Shown here piece after piece: positions 32,706-44,462 of a stretch of DNA of 64,000 nucleotides (its first letter is position 1; every line of letters begins with the position of its first letter). Under the pieces are notes generated by a model. It was given only the letters and a program-made list of their open reading frames with translations, was not told where the DNA came from and searched no databases. The stretch is from an uncultured Chloroflexia bacterium. Lineage in GTDB: Bacteria > Chloroflexota > Limnocylindria > Limnocylindrales > CSP1-4. A program made the position numbers and the translations under genes. The DNA is taken from assembly GCA_963833225.1 (NCBI GenBank), contig CAWHXD010000019.1, positions 768,001 to 832,000 of the forward strand. The letters are read 5' to 3'.

Positions 32706-33665
32706 TCAGTCTCCGCGGACCCGGCCGGCGACACGCCACACGAGCAGCCGGGCGACGATGTTGAGCCCGATCGTCATCACCAGCAGGATCAGCCCGAGGG
32801 CGATCAGGCTCGACGTCTGGAGCCCGATCGACGCTTCGTTGAAGGTGGTGGCGATCTTGGAGGCGATCGTCTGGGCCTGGTCGAACAGGGAGGTCGGGAT
32901 GTCCTGCGCGTTGCCGATGACCATGGTCACGGCCATCGTCTCGCCCAGGGCGCGTCCGAGGCCCAGGATGACCGCGCCCACGATGCCCGACCGGGCGGCC
33001 GGCAGCACGGCCTTGGTCACGACCTCCCAGCGCGTCGCGCCGAGCGCGAACATCGCCTCCCGCTGGGCCATCGGCACCGAGGTGATGACCTCGCGCGAGA
33101 CGGAGACGATCGTGGGCAGGATCATGATCGCGAGGATGACGCCGGCTGCGAACAGCCCGATCCCGAGCGGCGGACCCTCGAACAGCGGAATCGCGCCGCC
33201 GAGGGCGCCCACCAGGAACGATTCGACGGTGCCCTTGAGGAACGGCGTCAGGACGAACACGCCCCACAGGCCGATGACAACCGACGGCACGGCGGCGATC
33301 AGCTCCACGAGGAAGGTCAGCGGGATCGCGACCCGGCGAGGGGCGAGCTCGGCCAGGTAGACGGCCGTGAGCAGTGCGATCGGGGTGGCGATGACCAGCG
33401 CGATCGCCGCGGACAGCAGCGTCCCGACGATGTATGGCAGGGCACCGAACACCTCGGCCACCGGGTCCCAGGTGGTGCCGGTGATGAAGTCGAACAGCCC
33501 GAAGTGGCCGATGGCCTCGGCGCTGCTCAGCGCGAGCATCCCGGCCAGCAGGACCAGGAGGGCGATGACCGCATACGCGGAGAAGCCCGCCGTTCCCCGG
33601 AACAGGCGGTCCACGATCTTGCCGGAGCCGTGCGCGAATCGCTCCGGGGTCGCCTGCGTCGTCAT
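32706..33665 (-). CDS. pstC: phosphate ABC transporter permease
   Basis: WDP, ELIAAVPSVVIGLWG, ALGATRWE, GRALGETMAV. Confidence 0.95.
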   Translation of the reverse strand: MTTQATPERFAHGSGKIVDRLFRGTAGFSAYAVIALLVLLAGMLALSSAEAIGHFGLFDFITGTTWDPVAEVFGALPYIVGTLLSAAIALVIATPIALLTAVYLAELAPRRVAIPLTFLVELIAAVPSVVIGLWGVFVLTPFLKGTVESFLVGALGGAIPLFEGPPLGIGLFAAGVILAIMILPTIVSVSREVITSVPMAQREAMFALGATRWEVVTKAVLPAARSGIVGAVILGLGRALGETMAVTMVIGNAQDIPTSLFDQAQTIASKIATTFNEASIGLQTSSLIALGLILLVMTIGLNIVARLLVWRVAGRVRGD

Positions 33666-33723
33666 CGGGTGATCCTCGAGGTGCAGTGGGTCGCGTGGCC
33701 AGCGTAGCCGGGAACGTGGACGA

Positions 33724-33759
33724 CCGACCGGCCCCGCTCCAAGCTGCGGGACCGGTCGG
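33724..33759 (-). terminator. intercistronic stem-loop between pstS and pstC
   Basis: CCGACCGGCCCCGC...GCGGGACCGGTCGG 14-bp stem with one mismatch; typical mRNA-stabilising position. Confidence 0.6.
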
Positions 33760-33786
33760 AGGAGGAGGAGGGGAGTGAGCTGAACC

Positions 33787-34917
33787 TCAGGGCCAGACCG
33801 CGGACCCGTTGGCGGTGATCTTGTGGAGCTCGGCGATGGCCATCTCCTGGATCGGCGTGGGCAGTGGTGCGTATCCGAGCGCGTTCTCCTCGGCCTGGCC
33901 GTCGGTCAGGGCCCAGTAGGTGAAGGCGACCATCGCCTGCGCCTTGTCGGCATCCTTCCAGTCGACCGGGATGAGGAGGTAGGTGTACGAGGCGATCGGG
34001 TAGGTGTCGGCGCCGGGGCCGTTGATGATCGGCGCCTGCCGGAAGTCGGCCGGGAAGTCCGCGGCGGCGGCCTCAGCAGCGGCCGTGACGCCGGCGGTGG
34101 AGCCCGCGACGAAGTCCCCATCGGCGTTCTTGACGTTTGCCGAGGTGAGGCCGGTCTGGGCGGCGTAGTTGAGCTCGACGTAGCCGACGGTCCCGTCCGT
34201 CTGCTTGACCCCGGTGGCCACGCCATCGTTGCCCTGGGCGCCGATGCCCACGGGCCACGCGACCTCCTTGCCTTTGCCGACCTTGGAGCTCCAGTCGGGG
34301 CTCACGGTGTCGAGGTAGGTGGTGAAGGCGTTGGTGGTGCCGGAGCCGTCGCTGCGGTGGACCACCGTCACCGCGAGGTCCGGCAGCGTGGCGCCCGGGT
34401 TGAGCGCGGCGATCGCCGGGTCGTTCCACTTGGTGATGGTGCCAAGGAAGATGCCGGCGATCGCATCGGCGTCGAGGTTGAGGTCCGTCACGCCCGACAC
34501 GTTGTAGATGACGACCACTGCGCCGAGGGCGGTGGGCACGTGGAGCAGGGTCACGCCGGCCGGGAGCGCCGCGATCTCCTCGTCCTTCATCGCCGCGTCC
34601 GACGCGCCGAAGTCAACCGTCTGCTCGGTGATGGCCTTGATGCCGCCCCCGGATCCGATCGACTGGTAGTCGAACTGGATGTTGCTGTGCGCGTCCGTGA
34701 AATCCTGGAACCAGACCTGGTAGAGCGGGTCCGGAAAGGTGGCCCCGGCTCCCTGCAGGGTCAGGCTGGCCGATCCCGGCATCGGGGCATCGGCTGAGCC
34801 ACCACCTGGGGCCTGGGTGGCCGGCGCGGTGGTGGCTGCCCCACCGCCGCAGGCCGCGACGAACATCGTCGAGGCGAGCGCGAGGGCGCCGATTCGATTG
34901 GTGGAGCTGAGCGTCAC
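33787..34917 (-). CDS. pstS: phosphate ABC transporter substrate-binding lipoprotein
   Basis: Lipobox VAAC; GAGATFP, YQSIGSGGG, DFGASD, HRSDGSGTT, YPI; GTG with GAGGAG RBS. Confidence 0.96.
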   Translation of the reverse strand: MTLSSTNRIGALALASTMFVAACGGGAATTAPATQAPGGGSADAPMPGSASLTLQGAGATFPDPLYQVWFQDFTDAHSNIQFDYQSIGSGGGIKAITEQTVDFGASDAAMKDEEIAALPAGVTLLHVPTALGAVVVIYNVSGVTDLNLDADAIAGIFLGTITKWNDPAIAALNPGATLPDLAVTVVHRSDGSGTTNAFTTYLDTVSPDWSSKVGKGKEVAWPVGIGAQGNDGVATGVKQTDGTVGYVELNYAAQTGLTSANVKNADGDFVAGSTAGVTAAAEAAAADFPADFRQAPIINGPGADTYPIASYTYLLIPVDWKDADKAQAMVAFTYWALTDGQAEENALGYAPLPTPIQEMAIAELHKITANGSAVWP

Positions 34918-34967
34918 GTAGGGACTCCTCATTCTTCTGCTTGCCGGTCCCACGATCGGGTCCGGCG

Positions 34968-35118
34968 GTCAACGGGTGGTGTGCACGGCGTTAAGGCCCG
35001 GTTAACGCTCCGGGGGATCGAGCCGGTAGCCGCTGTCGGGGGAGGCACGGCGACCACGGAGCGAGGATCTCCGGCAAGCGTCAACGCCGCGTTGGGCGGT
35101 CGTTAACGCGCCGTCAAC
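34968..35118. promoter_or_regulatory. two PHO-box-like arrays in the divergent pstS/ppx promoter
   Basis: GTCAAC 34968, GTGTGC 34979, GTTAAG 34990, GTTAAC 35001; GTCAAC 35080, GTTGGG 35091, GTTAAC 35102, GTCAAC 35113; each array at 11-bp period. Confidence 0.8.
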
Positions 35119-35242
35119 GAATGGCGGTCGCGAGTGATCTGGGCAGGCGCGGCCGGCGCCAGCGCGGTCGGCCCGCGTGGGGCAGACTGGCCGCTGCAGG
35201 GCACCACGCGCGATGGTGCCCAACCGGACACAGGAGGACGCG

Positions 35243-37493
<2,251 letters not shown>

Positions 37494-38837
37494 AGGCATC
37501 GTGTCCCGGACCCGGTGCGGCTCGACGGGCCCGACCGCCCGCGCGCCAAGACCATCGACCTGGGCGAATGCCACGTAGGCGTCCAGCCATCGCCGGTACC
37601 GCGCGGAGTCCAGCTCCCTGACGAGCACCTCGCGGGCCGTGTCGCGCTGCGTGCCCCAGGAGCGCAGCAGCGGTTCGAACGCGGTCCGTTCCGCAACCGG
37701 CAGGTCGGCCCGGTAGGCCTCCCCGGCCTCGATCAGGACGTCGAGATCGCGCACGGCGCCCAGGTCGTGCGCGACGGACTTGAGGCGACGCGTGTATCGG
37801 CTGGTGTACCGGCGATCGAAGGCGTCACCGAAGACGCGCCAGGCGGCCCGCTGCCGGCGGGTCGCCACGCGCATCGCATGGAGCTCCTCGGGATCATGGC
37901 TCTCGCGCATCCCGGCCTCGCGGGCGATCATCCGGGCCAGGTGGAAGCGGAGGACCTTGCGACCGGCCTCCGCGAGGTGGTCGTCGGCCACGACCCCCGG
38001 GGCTTTTGGGACGACCAGCCGCGGGGGTGCGGGGACAGGCTCCGCGGGCGCCGCATCATTCGCGGGCACCGCCGCGGGTCCGGGCTCCGCCGCCCTGGCG
38101 GTCGCGGGCGCTGTCGGGGCCGCAGGCGCCGCCGTCCTGGCGGGCCCGGCTGTTGGTCTCGGCTCGACGGCCGGTCCCGCGGCCGGCGTGGCCGACTCGC
38201 GCAGGACGGCCTCCATGGCCCGCTCCAGCTTGGAGGTGTCGGAGGGAACGAGCTCCTCGATCTCTGACAGGAGGTCCGCAAACGGCTCGAGCACGGCTTC
38301 CTCGCCCTCGCGCAGCTCAACCTCCAGCTCGGCGAACCGTTCGATCACGCGCTCGGCGACCATGACCTCGACGTCGTCCACGGAGAGCTCCACGATCGCG
38401 CCCGCGGCACCGTAGTTGCGCCGCCGGCGGACCTGCCGGATCTGGACCAGCTCACGCAGCGGCGACGTGCCGGCGATGGCCAGCACGGCTTCCCGGGCCC
38501 CCGACACGGGCCAGGCGGCAGGTTCGGTGTCCGGGTCCGCCGGCCCCTCGAGCTCCAGCCGGCGATGGGCAGCCCCGCCGTCATCCTCGCGCCGCAGGCC
38601 CTTGAGGGTGATCAGGGTCTCCTTGCCGCTCGTCCGCAGCCGGCCCGCGTACCCGGCGGCGGCGAGGGCTCCGCCCGCGGTGTCGACGTAGCGATCCTCG
38701 TGGACGATCGTCGTCCGGCGGTGCGAGCGCGGGCAGGCCGGCAAGCTCGTCCGTGCCCAGCAGGCGATCGCCGGCCGAGGTGTCCGTCATGTGGTACTTG
38801 AGCTCGACCTCGAACGGGCGGCCACCGTCGGCCTCGC

Positions 38838-41009
38838 TCACGCGCGAGGATCCATCGAGCCCGCCGGCGCATTCGACCGGTGCACGGCGTCCGCCAGCGC
38901 GAGCGCCGATGCCGCGTCGTCCTTGAGAACCGCGAAGGCCTCGACGGTGCCCTCGCGCGATTCCATGACCTCGGTCCGGAGCCAGCGGCCATCATTCCCC
39001 AGCTGCCATGACCGCCGGTCGTCCGCGAGCATGACCTCGATGATCCGGCCCAGTCGCACGCGGGCCTCGTGGTCCTCGACGGGGGTCACCACCTCGACCC
39101 GCCGGTCCAGGTTGCGTTCCATCAGGTCCGCTGAGCCGATGTACCACTCGGGCCGCCCGCCGTTGTTGAACATCCAGATCCGCGAGTGCTCGAGGAACTC
39201 GCCGATGATCGACCGCACCCGGATCCGCTCGGAGACCCCGGCCACACCCGGGACCAGGCAGCAGGCGCCTCGGACGATCAGGTCGATATCGACGCCCGCC
39301 CTGGCCGCCTCGTACAGGGCCTCGATCGTCTGCGTGTCGACCAGGGAGTTCACCTTGAGCACGATCCGGGCGGGGTGGCCGGCACGGGCGTTGGCGGTCT
39401 CGCGTTCGACCAGCTCGAGGAAGCGCGTCCGGAGCGTGATCGGCGCGACCAGCAGGCGTCGGAAGACCCGCTGGCGCGACAGGCCCGTCAGCACGTTGAA
39501 CAGGTCCGTGACGTCGGCGCCCAGCTCCTCGCGGCAGGTGAGCAGGCCGAGATCCGTGTACAGGCGAGCGGTCTTGCCGTTGTAGTTGCCGGTGCCGATG
39601 TGGACGTAGCGGCGAAGGCCAGAGCCCTCGCGACGGACCACCAGCGCGACCTTGGAGTGGGTCTTGAGGCCGACCAGCCCGTACACGACGTGCGCGCCGG
39701 CGTGCTCCAGGCGCCGGGCCCAGACGATGTTGTTCTCCTCGTCGAAGCGCGCCTTGATCTCGACCAGGACGACGACCTGCTTGCCCTGCTCGGCCGCCCG
39801 GATCAGCGCACCGACGATCGGCGAATCGCCCGACGTCCGGTACAGCGTCTGCTTGATCGTGAGGACATCGGGATCATCGGCGGCCTGGTCGATGAACCGC
39901 TCCACGGATGCGGTGAAGGATTCGTATGGGTGGTGCAGGAAGAGGTCGCTCGCCCGGATCTGGGCGAACACGTCGACCGGCTCGTCCTCCTCCGACGGCA
40001 GCAGCCGCCCGGGGATGACCGGCGTGTGGACGGGGGCCTTGAGGTCCGGGCGATCCAGCGAGACCAGCTGCCACAGCGCGGTGAGGTCCACCATCCCCGC
40101 GACCTCGAAGGCATCCTCCTCCCGGACGCCCGTGCCCCGGATGAGGATCTGGCGGGTGAGCTCCGGCATCGAGCGTTCGACCTCGAGCCGCACCGCCTCG
40201 CCAAAGCGCCGGCGCCGGATCTCCTCCTCGATGGCGATCAGCAGGTCGTCGGCCTCGTCCTCCTCGACCGTGATGTCGGCGTCGCGGGTGACGCGGAACA
40301 GGTGCGTCTCCAGGATCTCCATGCCCCGGAACAGCTCGTCGAGGTTGGCCTCGATGACCTGGTCGAGCAGCACGAACTTGTCGCGCTCGACGGCGAACAG
40401 GCGCGGGAGGATGGGCGGGATCTTGACGCGGGCGAACCGCTTCTCGCCCGACTCCGGGTCCCTGAGCCCCACCGCGATCGACAGGCTCAGCGTGGAGATG
40501 TACGGGAACGGATGCCCGGGATCCACGGCCAGCGGCGTGAGCACCGGGAAGATCTCGTCGTGGAACCGCCGGCGGAGGGTCTCGTGGTGCTCCGGGACAT
40601 CCTCGTACTCGTAGATCTCCACGCCCTCGGCGGCGAGCTGCTCGCGGATCTCCGTCCAGATGAGGGAATGCTCGTTGACCAGCTCGCGAACCCGCTCCCG
40701 GATCGCTTCCAGCTGCTGGCCGGGGGTCAGGCCGTCCGAGCTGTGATGCTGCCCCATCGAGCGATCCTGGCGCCGGAGGCCGGACACGCGGACCTGGAAG
40801 AACTCGTCCAGGTTGGACGCGAAGATGGCCAGGAACTTCACCCGCTCGAGGAGCGGGTTCCGCGCGTCGCGGGCCTCGTGGAGGACGCGCGCGTTGAACT
40901 CGACCCAGGACAGCTCGCGGTTGAGGATCGGCCCCTTCTGGTCGCGTGCGGACCGTCGCCGGCCACGACCGGCGACGCGGGGCCCGGGTGCGGGTCGAAC
41001 GGTGGCCAT
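38838..41009 (-). CDS. ppk1: polyphosphate kinase 1
   Basis: NRELSWVEFNARVL, SNLDEFFQVRV, HPFPYIS, HHPYESF, KARFDEENN, LKTHSK, HIGTGNYN, EHSR, SADLMERNLDRRVE. Confidence 0.97.
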   Translation of the reverse strand: MATVRPAPGPRVAGRGRRRSARDQKGPILNRELSWVEFNARVLHEARDARNPLLERVKFLAIFASNLDEFFQVRVSGLRRQDRSMGQHHSSDGLTPGQQLEAIRERVRELVNEHSLIWTEIREQLAAEGVEIYEYEDVPEHHETLRRRFHDEIFPVLTPLAVDPGHPFPYISTLSLSIAVGLRDPESGEKRFARVKIPPILPRLFAVERDKFVLLDQVIEANLDELFRGMEILETHLFRVTRDADITVEEDEADDLLIAIEEEIRRRRFGEAVRLEVERSMPELTRQILIRGTGVREEDAFEVAGMVDLTALWQLVSLDRPDLKAPVHTPVIPGRLLPSEEDEPVDVFAQIRASDLFLHHPYESFTASVERFIDQAADDPDVLTIKQTLYRTSGDSPIVGALIRAAEQGKQVVVLVEIKARFDEENNIVWARRLEHAGAHVVYGLVGLKTHSKVALVVRREGSGLRRYVHIGTGNYNGKTARLYTDLGLLTCREELGADVTDLFNVLTGLSRQRVFRRLLVAPITLRTRFLELVERETANARAGHPARIVLKVNSLVDTQTIEALYEAARAGVDIDLIVRGACCLVPGVAGVSERIRVRSIIGEFLEHSRIWMFNNGGRPEWYIGSADLMERNLDRRVEVVTPVEDHEARVRLGRIIEVMLADDRRSWQLGNDGRWLRTEVMESREGTVEAFAVLKDDAASALALADAVHRSNAPAGSMDPRA

Positions 41010-41188
41010 GGATCCTTTCGGGTGCGCACGGGTCCGGCGGGTGGCGCGTGACGACGGCCGCACCCCCGTGTCCCGGTCGGACAATCGAGGATACCACTCG
41101 GGGTTGGGCCCCTCGGCCAGCGCGTTCTCTCCCGTGGGTCGAGCCGTCAGGTTCAGCGCCCGGCCGCGAGCCGGCTCCGATTGTGGCG

Positions 41189-41917
41189 TCAACGGCCGGT
41201 TGCGAGGCGGCTCCTGGGGCCATCCAGCACCGCCCACACGATCGCCGGGCCGGGCCACGGCGCGCTGCCCGCCAGGGCGGCGACTGCGTCGTCCGGGTGG
41301 GCGGGGTAGGCGACCCGCAGCTGGCGTCCGAACTCCTGCGCGACCGCCCTGGTCGCGCGCGTGCGCCGCACCACGAGCAGGCGGCTGATCGCGGGCTCGT
41401 CGCCCAGGTGGCCCCAGCCCTCCCAGCTGGGCAGCGACTCCGCTTTCATGGCCTGCCAGCGGATCAGCTGCTCGAGGCGCCGCAGCTCGCTCTGCAGCTC
41501 GGACGCGACGATCAGCCTGGCACCCGGGTCATGCAAGACGGCGTCGATCCAGCCACGATTTGGGCGTCGCACCGCGACCTCGGTGGCGACCTGCCAGCGG
41601 GGATGCAGCATGCCGAGGAGCAACTCGAGGAGGCGCGCCTGGTGCCGATCCCGGATGGCTGGTCCGGTGTTGGGGTAGACCCGCAGGCTCAGATCCGCAC
41701 CAAGGGCCGTTGCCAGGCGCTCGTATGTCTCAATGGACGGCCGCGCCGCGCCAGCTTCAATCCGGTCGAGATAGCGGCGATCGACACCCGCCTCGCAGGC
41801 AAGCCGAGTCCGGCTGACGCCGGCGTCCTCGCGGAGGCGGATCAGATCCTCAGCGATGCTGGCGTGGCGACGCCGAACCGCCCGCTGGATCCTGGTGTCA
41901 AATGCTGGCCCGGGCAT
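41189..41917 (-). CDS. XRE-type HTH protein with C-terminal restriction-endonuclease-like domain
   Basis: LREDAGVSRTRLACEAGVDRRYLDRIEAG HTH; TEVAV...GWIDAV...ASELQS resembles E..D..ExK with K>Q. Confidence 0.7.
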   Translation of the reverse strand: MPGPAFDTRIQRAVRRRHASIAEDLIRLREDAGVSRTRLACEAGVDRRYLDRIEAGAARPSIETYERLATALGADLSLRVYPNTGPAIRDRHQARLLELLLGMLHPRWQVATEVAVRRPNRGWIDAVLHDPGARLIVASELQSELRRLEQLIRWQAMKAESLPSWEGWGHLGDEPAISRLLVVRRTRATRAVAQEFGRQLRVAYPAHPDDAVAALAGSAPWPGPAIVWAVLDGPRSRLATGR

Positions 41918-42143
41918 GCATCCATTGAAGCGAACGACACTCACCCGGGACTTACGCGGCGCGAGCAGGGACTCCACGTCGCACAGACCGTCCGCCACGC
42001 GGCTGCGCGGGGCGCCGGAGTCCCCTCAACGCGCCCAGATCGGGCCGCTACGCCCGATATCAGGGATTGTCAGACCCTGATCGGCCGGTGCTGAAGCCGT
42101 GTCGGTGACGTGGGGTCCCCGGACGGCGCCGTGCCCTCGGTCC

Positions 42144-42497
42144 TCAGCCCTCCGGGACGTACCGCCGCTCGCCCGTCGCGGGGTCCACCCAGACGCGCAT
42201 CGCGACGCCCGTGGTGGGGTCCACGAATCGCTCCTCGCTGGGTCGGAAGCGGGGCTCCACGGCGCGCGTCTCGCCCCCGCCGGGCCCGTGGGCGTCGCCG
42301 GTTCGCTCGGCGTGGAGGGACCGGTAGCGCGTCCGCTCCAGGAGCACCGCGGCAATGAGCGCTGCGCCCGGTACGAACAGCGTCAGGGCAGATATGAGCG
42401 ATCCGGCGGGACCGCCAACCGCCGCGGTGGCGATCCCGGCCAGGATCAGGAGCAGCCCGAGGCCTCCGATGAGGCCCCGGGCGAGGGTCACCCCCAC
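42144..42497 (-). CDS. hypothetical protein with two TM helices
   Basis: Two TM helices then ERFVDPTTG...VWVDPATGERRYV; same-strand run with ybjQ-like gene. Confidence 0.7.
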   Translation of the reverse strand: MGVTLARGLIGGLGLLLILAGIATAAVGGPAGSLISALTLFVPGAALIAAVLLERTRYRSLHAERTGDAHGPGGGETRAVEPRFRPSEERFVDPTTGVAMRVWVDPATGERRYVPEG

Positions 42498-42500
42498 CGG

Positions 42501-42875
42501 CTACTCGACCGGCTGTGCAGCCGCCGCGAGATCGCCACCCGGCTGCGCTGCCGAGGCATCGGGCACGACCACGACCGCGGTCCCGTAGGCCACGATCTCC
42601 GACATCGTCCCGGCAAGCTCCGAGGAGTCGAAGCGCATCGAGATCACGGCGTTCCCCCCGACCATCGTCGCGTTCTGGACCATCCGGTCGATGGCCTGCC
42701 GGCGCGTGTCTTCGAGGAGGCTCGTGTACTCATGGATCTCGCCGCCCGCGATCGAGCGCAGGCCGGCGATGAGGTTGCCGCCGAGGCCACGGCTCCGGAC
42801 CACCAGCCCGAAGACCTGCCCCCGGGTCTCCGCAACGCGGTGCCCGGCGATGAACGGCGTGGTTGCGATGATCAT
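42501..42875 (-). CDS. YbjQ/UPF0145 family protein
   Basis: GLRSIAGGEIHEYTSLL, GGNAVISMRFDS, EIVAYGTAV. Confidence 0.93.
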   Translation of the reverse strand: MIIATTPFIAGHRVAETRGQVFGLVVRSRGLGGNLIAGLRSIAGGEIHEYTSLLEDTRRQAIDRMVQNATMVGGNAVISMRFDSSELAGTMSEIVAYGTAVVVVPDASAAQPGGDLAAAAQPVE

Positions 42876-43252
42876 CGATCCCCTCCATGCCAATGCTGGC
42901 TGTCGGTTGATGGCTGCTCGCGACGGCGCGTGCATTCGTCGCACGGGCACATGTCGCGCAGCAGCATGAACGTGTGGAACCCGGTGGCGTGGCCGTCGCC
43001 CCAGGTCGGCTGGATCGCGTAGGACCCGACCAGGGCGACATCCACGAGCCTGGTCTGGTCGGGCGTCAGGGTGGGGTTGGTGTCGAGCCACCCCGGCATC
43101 CCGGCCTCGCCCCGGCAGTAGGCGCACGGGCATAGCCAGCGGAGCTGGGTGGTGTCGAAGCCCGTCGCGTGGCCGTCGGCCCACTCGACGCGGAGCGTTC
43201 CGGCGGCACGATCCGCGTCGATGCGCTGGGGGGTGGTCCGGGGATCTTGCAC
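42872..43252 (-). CDS. DUF971 (GBBH-like N-terminal) metal-binding protein
   Basis: WADGH...LRWLCPCAYC; VGSYA, WGDGHATGF...CPCDEC. Confidence 0.9.
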   Translation of the reverse strand: MQDPRTTPQRIDADRAAGTLRVEWADGHATGFDTTQLRWLCPCAYCRGEAGMPGWLDTNPTLTPDQTRLVDVALVGSYAIQPTWGDGHATGFHTFMLLRDMCPCDECTRRREQPSTDSQHWHGGDR

Positions 43253-43283
43253 GTCTCGATGCTACTCCGGGTCCGGCCCGGCA

Positions 43284-43322
43284 GCCCGGCAGTTGCCCGC
43301 CCGGCAGTTGCCCGCCCGGCAG
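43284..43322 (+). repeat. 15-bp tandem repeat in divergent promoter region
   Basis: GCCCGGCAGTTGCCC x2 plus partial copy. Confidence 0.8.
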
Positions 43323-43424
43323 CCCCGCGGGCCGGCGAACCGACGGACCGGGACCATCTCCGGCTACTCGACCGGGACCTTCCCACCGTGGTCAGGGCGC
43401 GTGGCGCCGGTATGCTCGCGACAC

Positions 43425-44462
43425 ATGTCCCTCGTCATCGACCATCTCTCCAAGCGGTTCGGGTCCGTCGTCGCCCTCGATGACCTCACCTTCGAGGTCC
43501 CGCCCGGGCAGGTGTTCGGCTTCCTGGGGGCCAACGGCGCGGGCAAGACGACGACGATGCGGATCGCTCTCGGCGTCCTTGAGCCCGACGCCGGCCGCGT
43601 CACATGGCGTGGCACCGAGAGCCACCGCCTGCCGCGTTCCACCTGGGGTTACCTTCCCGAGGAGCGCGGTCTCTACCCCCGGATGCGGGTCCTGGACCAG
43701 CTCGTGTTCTTCGCCGGCCTCCAGGGCGTGTCGCCGGAACGGGCGAAGCGCGAGGCGCTGGCCTCGCTGCATCGGTTCCGGGCCGACGATCTCGCCTCGC
43801 GCCGCGCCGAGCAGCTGTCCAAGGGCAATCAGCAGAAGGTCCAGTTCATCGCCGCGACCCTGCACAACCCGCAGGTCATGCTGATGGACGAGCCGTTCAC
43901 CGGCCTGGACCCCGTCAACACGATGCTCCTGCGCGAGGCATTCCTCGAGCTCCGTGACCGCGGCCGGACCGTCATCTTCTCGACCCACCAGATGGAGGTC
44001 GCCGAGGCCCTGTGCGAGTCGGTCGCGATCGTCGACCGCGGGCGGATGGTGGTCGGCGGGCCGTTGCGCGAGGTCCGACGGGCGAGCGGCCGGCGGATGG
44101 TCCGTGTCTCCGTCGACGGTGACCACCGCCTTCCGTGGCTGGCCAGCGTCCCGGGCACACGCGTGATCCAGGCGGGCATGGACCGTTCCACGATCGAGCT
44201 TGACCAGGGCGTTGAACCCGACGCCGTCCTCGCGGCGGCGGTTGGTGCCGGCGCGCGCGTCACCCACTTCGAGATCGCCGACCCGTCGCTGGAGCAGATC
44301 TTCATCGACTTCGTCGGGCGGCCCGCGGACGAGGAGACCCACCTCGCCCCGCCACCGCCCGGCGCCGACGAACCCGATCCGGCCGAACCCGATCCGGTTG
44401 CGCCCGACGGAGCCGACCTGGCACGTTGGCGTGCGTCGGGTGATACCGAGGGCGCGGCGTGA
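43425..44462 (+). CDS. ABC-2 exporter ATP-binding protein (NatA/YhaQ-like)
   Basis: GANGAGKTT, GYLPEERGLYP, LSKGNQQK, DEPFTGLDP, STH, PSLEQIF. Confidence 0.93.
   Translation: MSLVIDHLSKRFGSVVALDDLTFEVPPGQVFGFLGANGAGKTTTMRIALGVLEPDAGRVTWRGTESHRLPRSTWGYLPEERGLYPRMRVLDQLVFFAGLQGVSPERAKREALASLHRFRADDLASRRAEQLSKGNQQKVQFIAATLHNPQVMLMDEPFTGLDPVNTMLLREAFLELRDRGRTVIFSTHQMEVAEALCESVAIVDRGRMVVGGPLREVRRASGRRMVRVSVDGDHRLPWLASVPGTRVIQAGMDRSTIELDQGVEPDAVLAAAVGAGARVTHFEIADPSLEQIFIDFVGRPADEETHLAPPPPGADEPDPAEPDPVAPDGADLARWRASGDTEGAA

Noticed and set aside
41100-41200. PHO box upstream of ppk1
   Set aside because: Isolated GTTCAG and GTCAAC hexamers lack 11-bp periodicity
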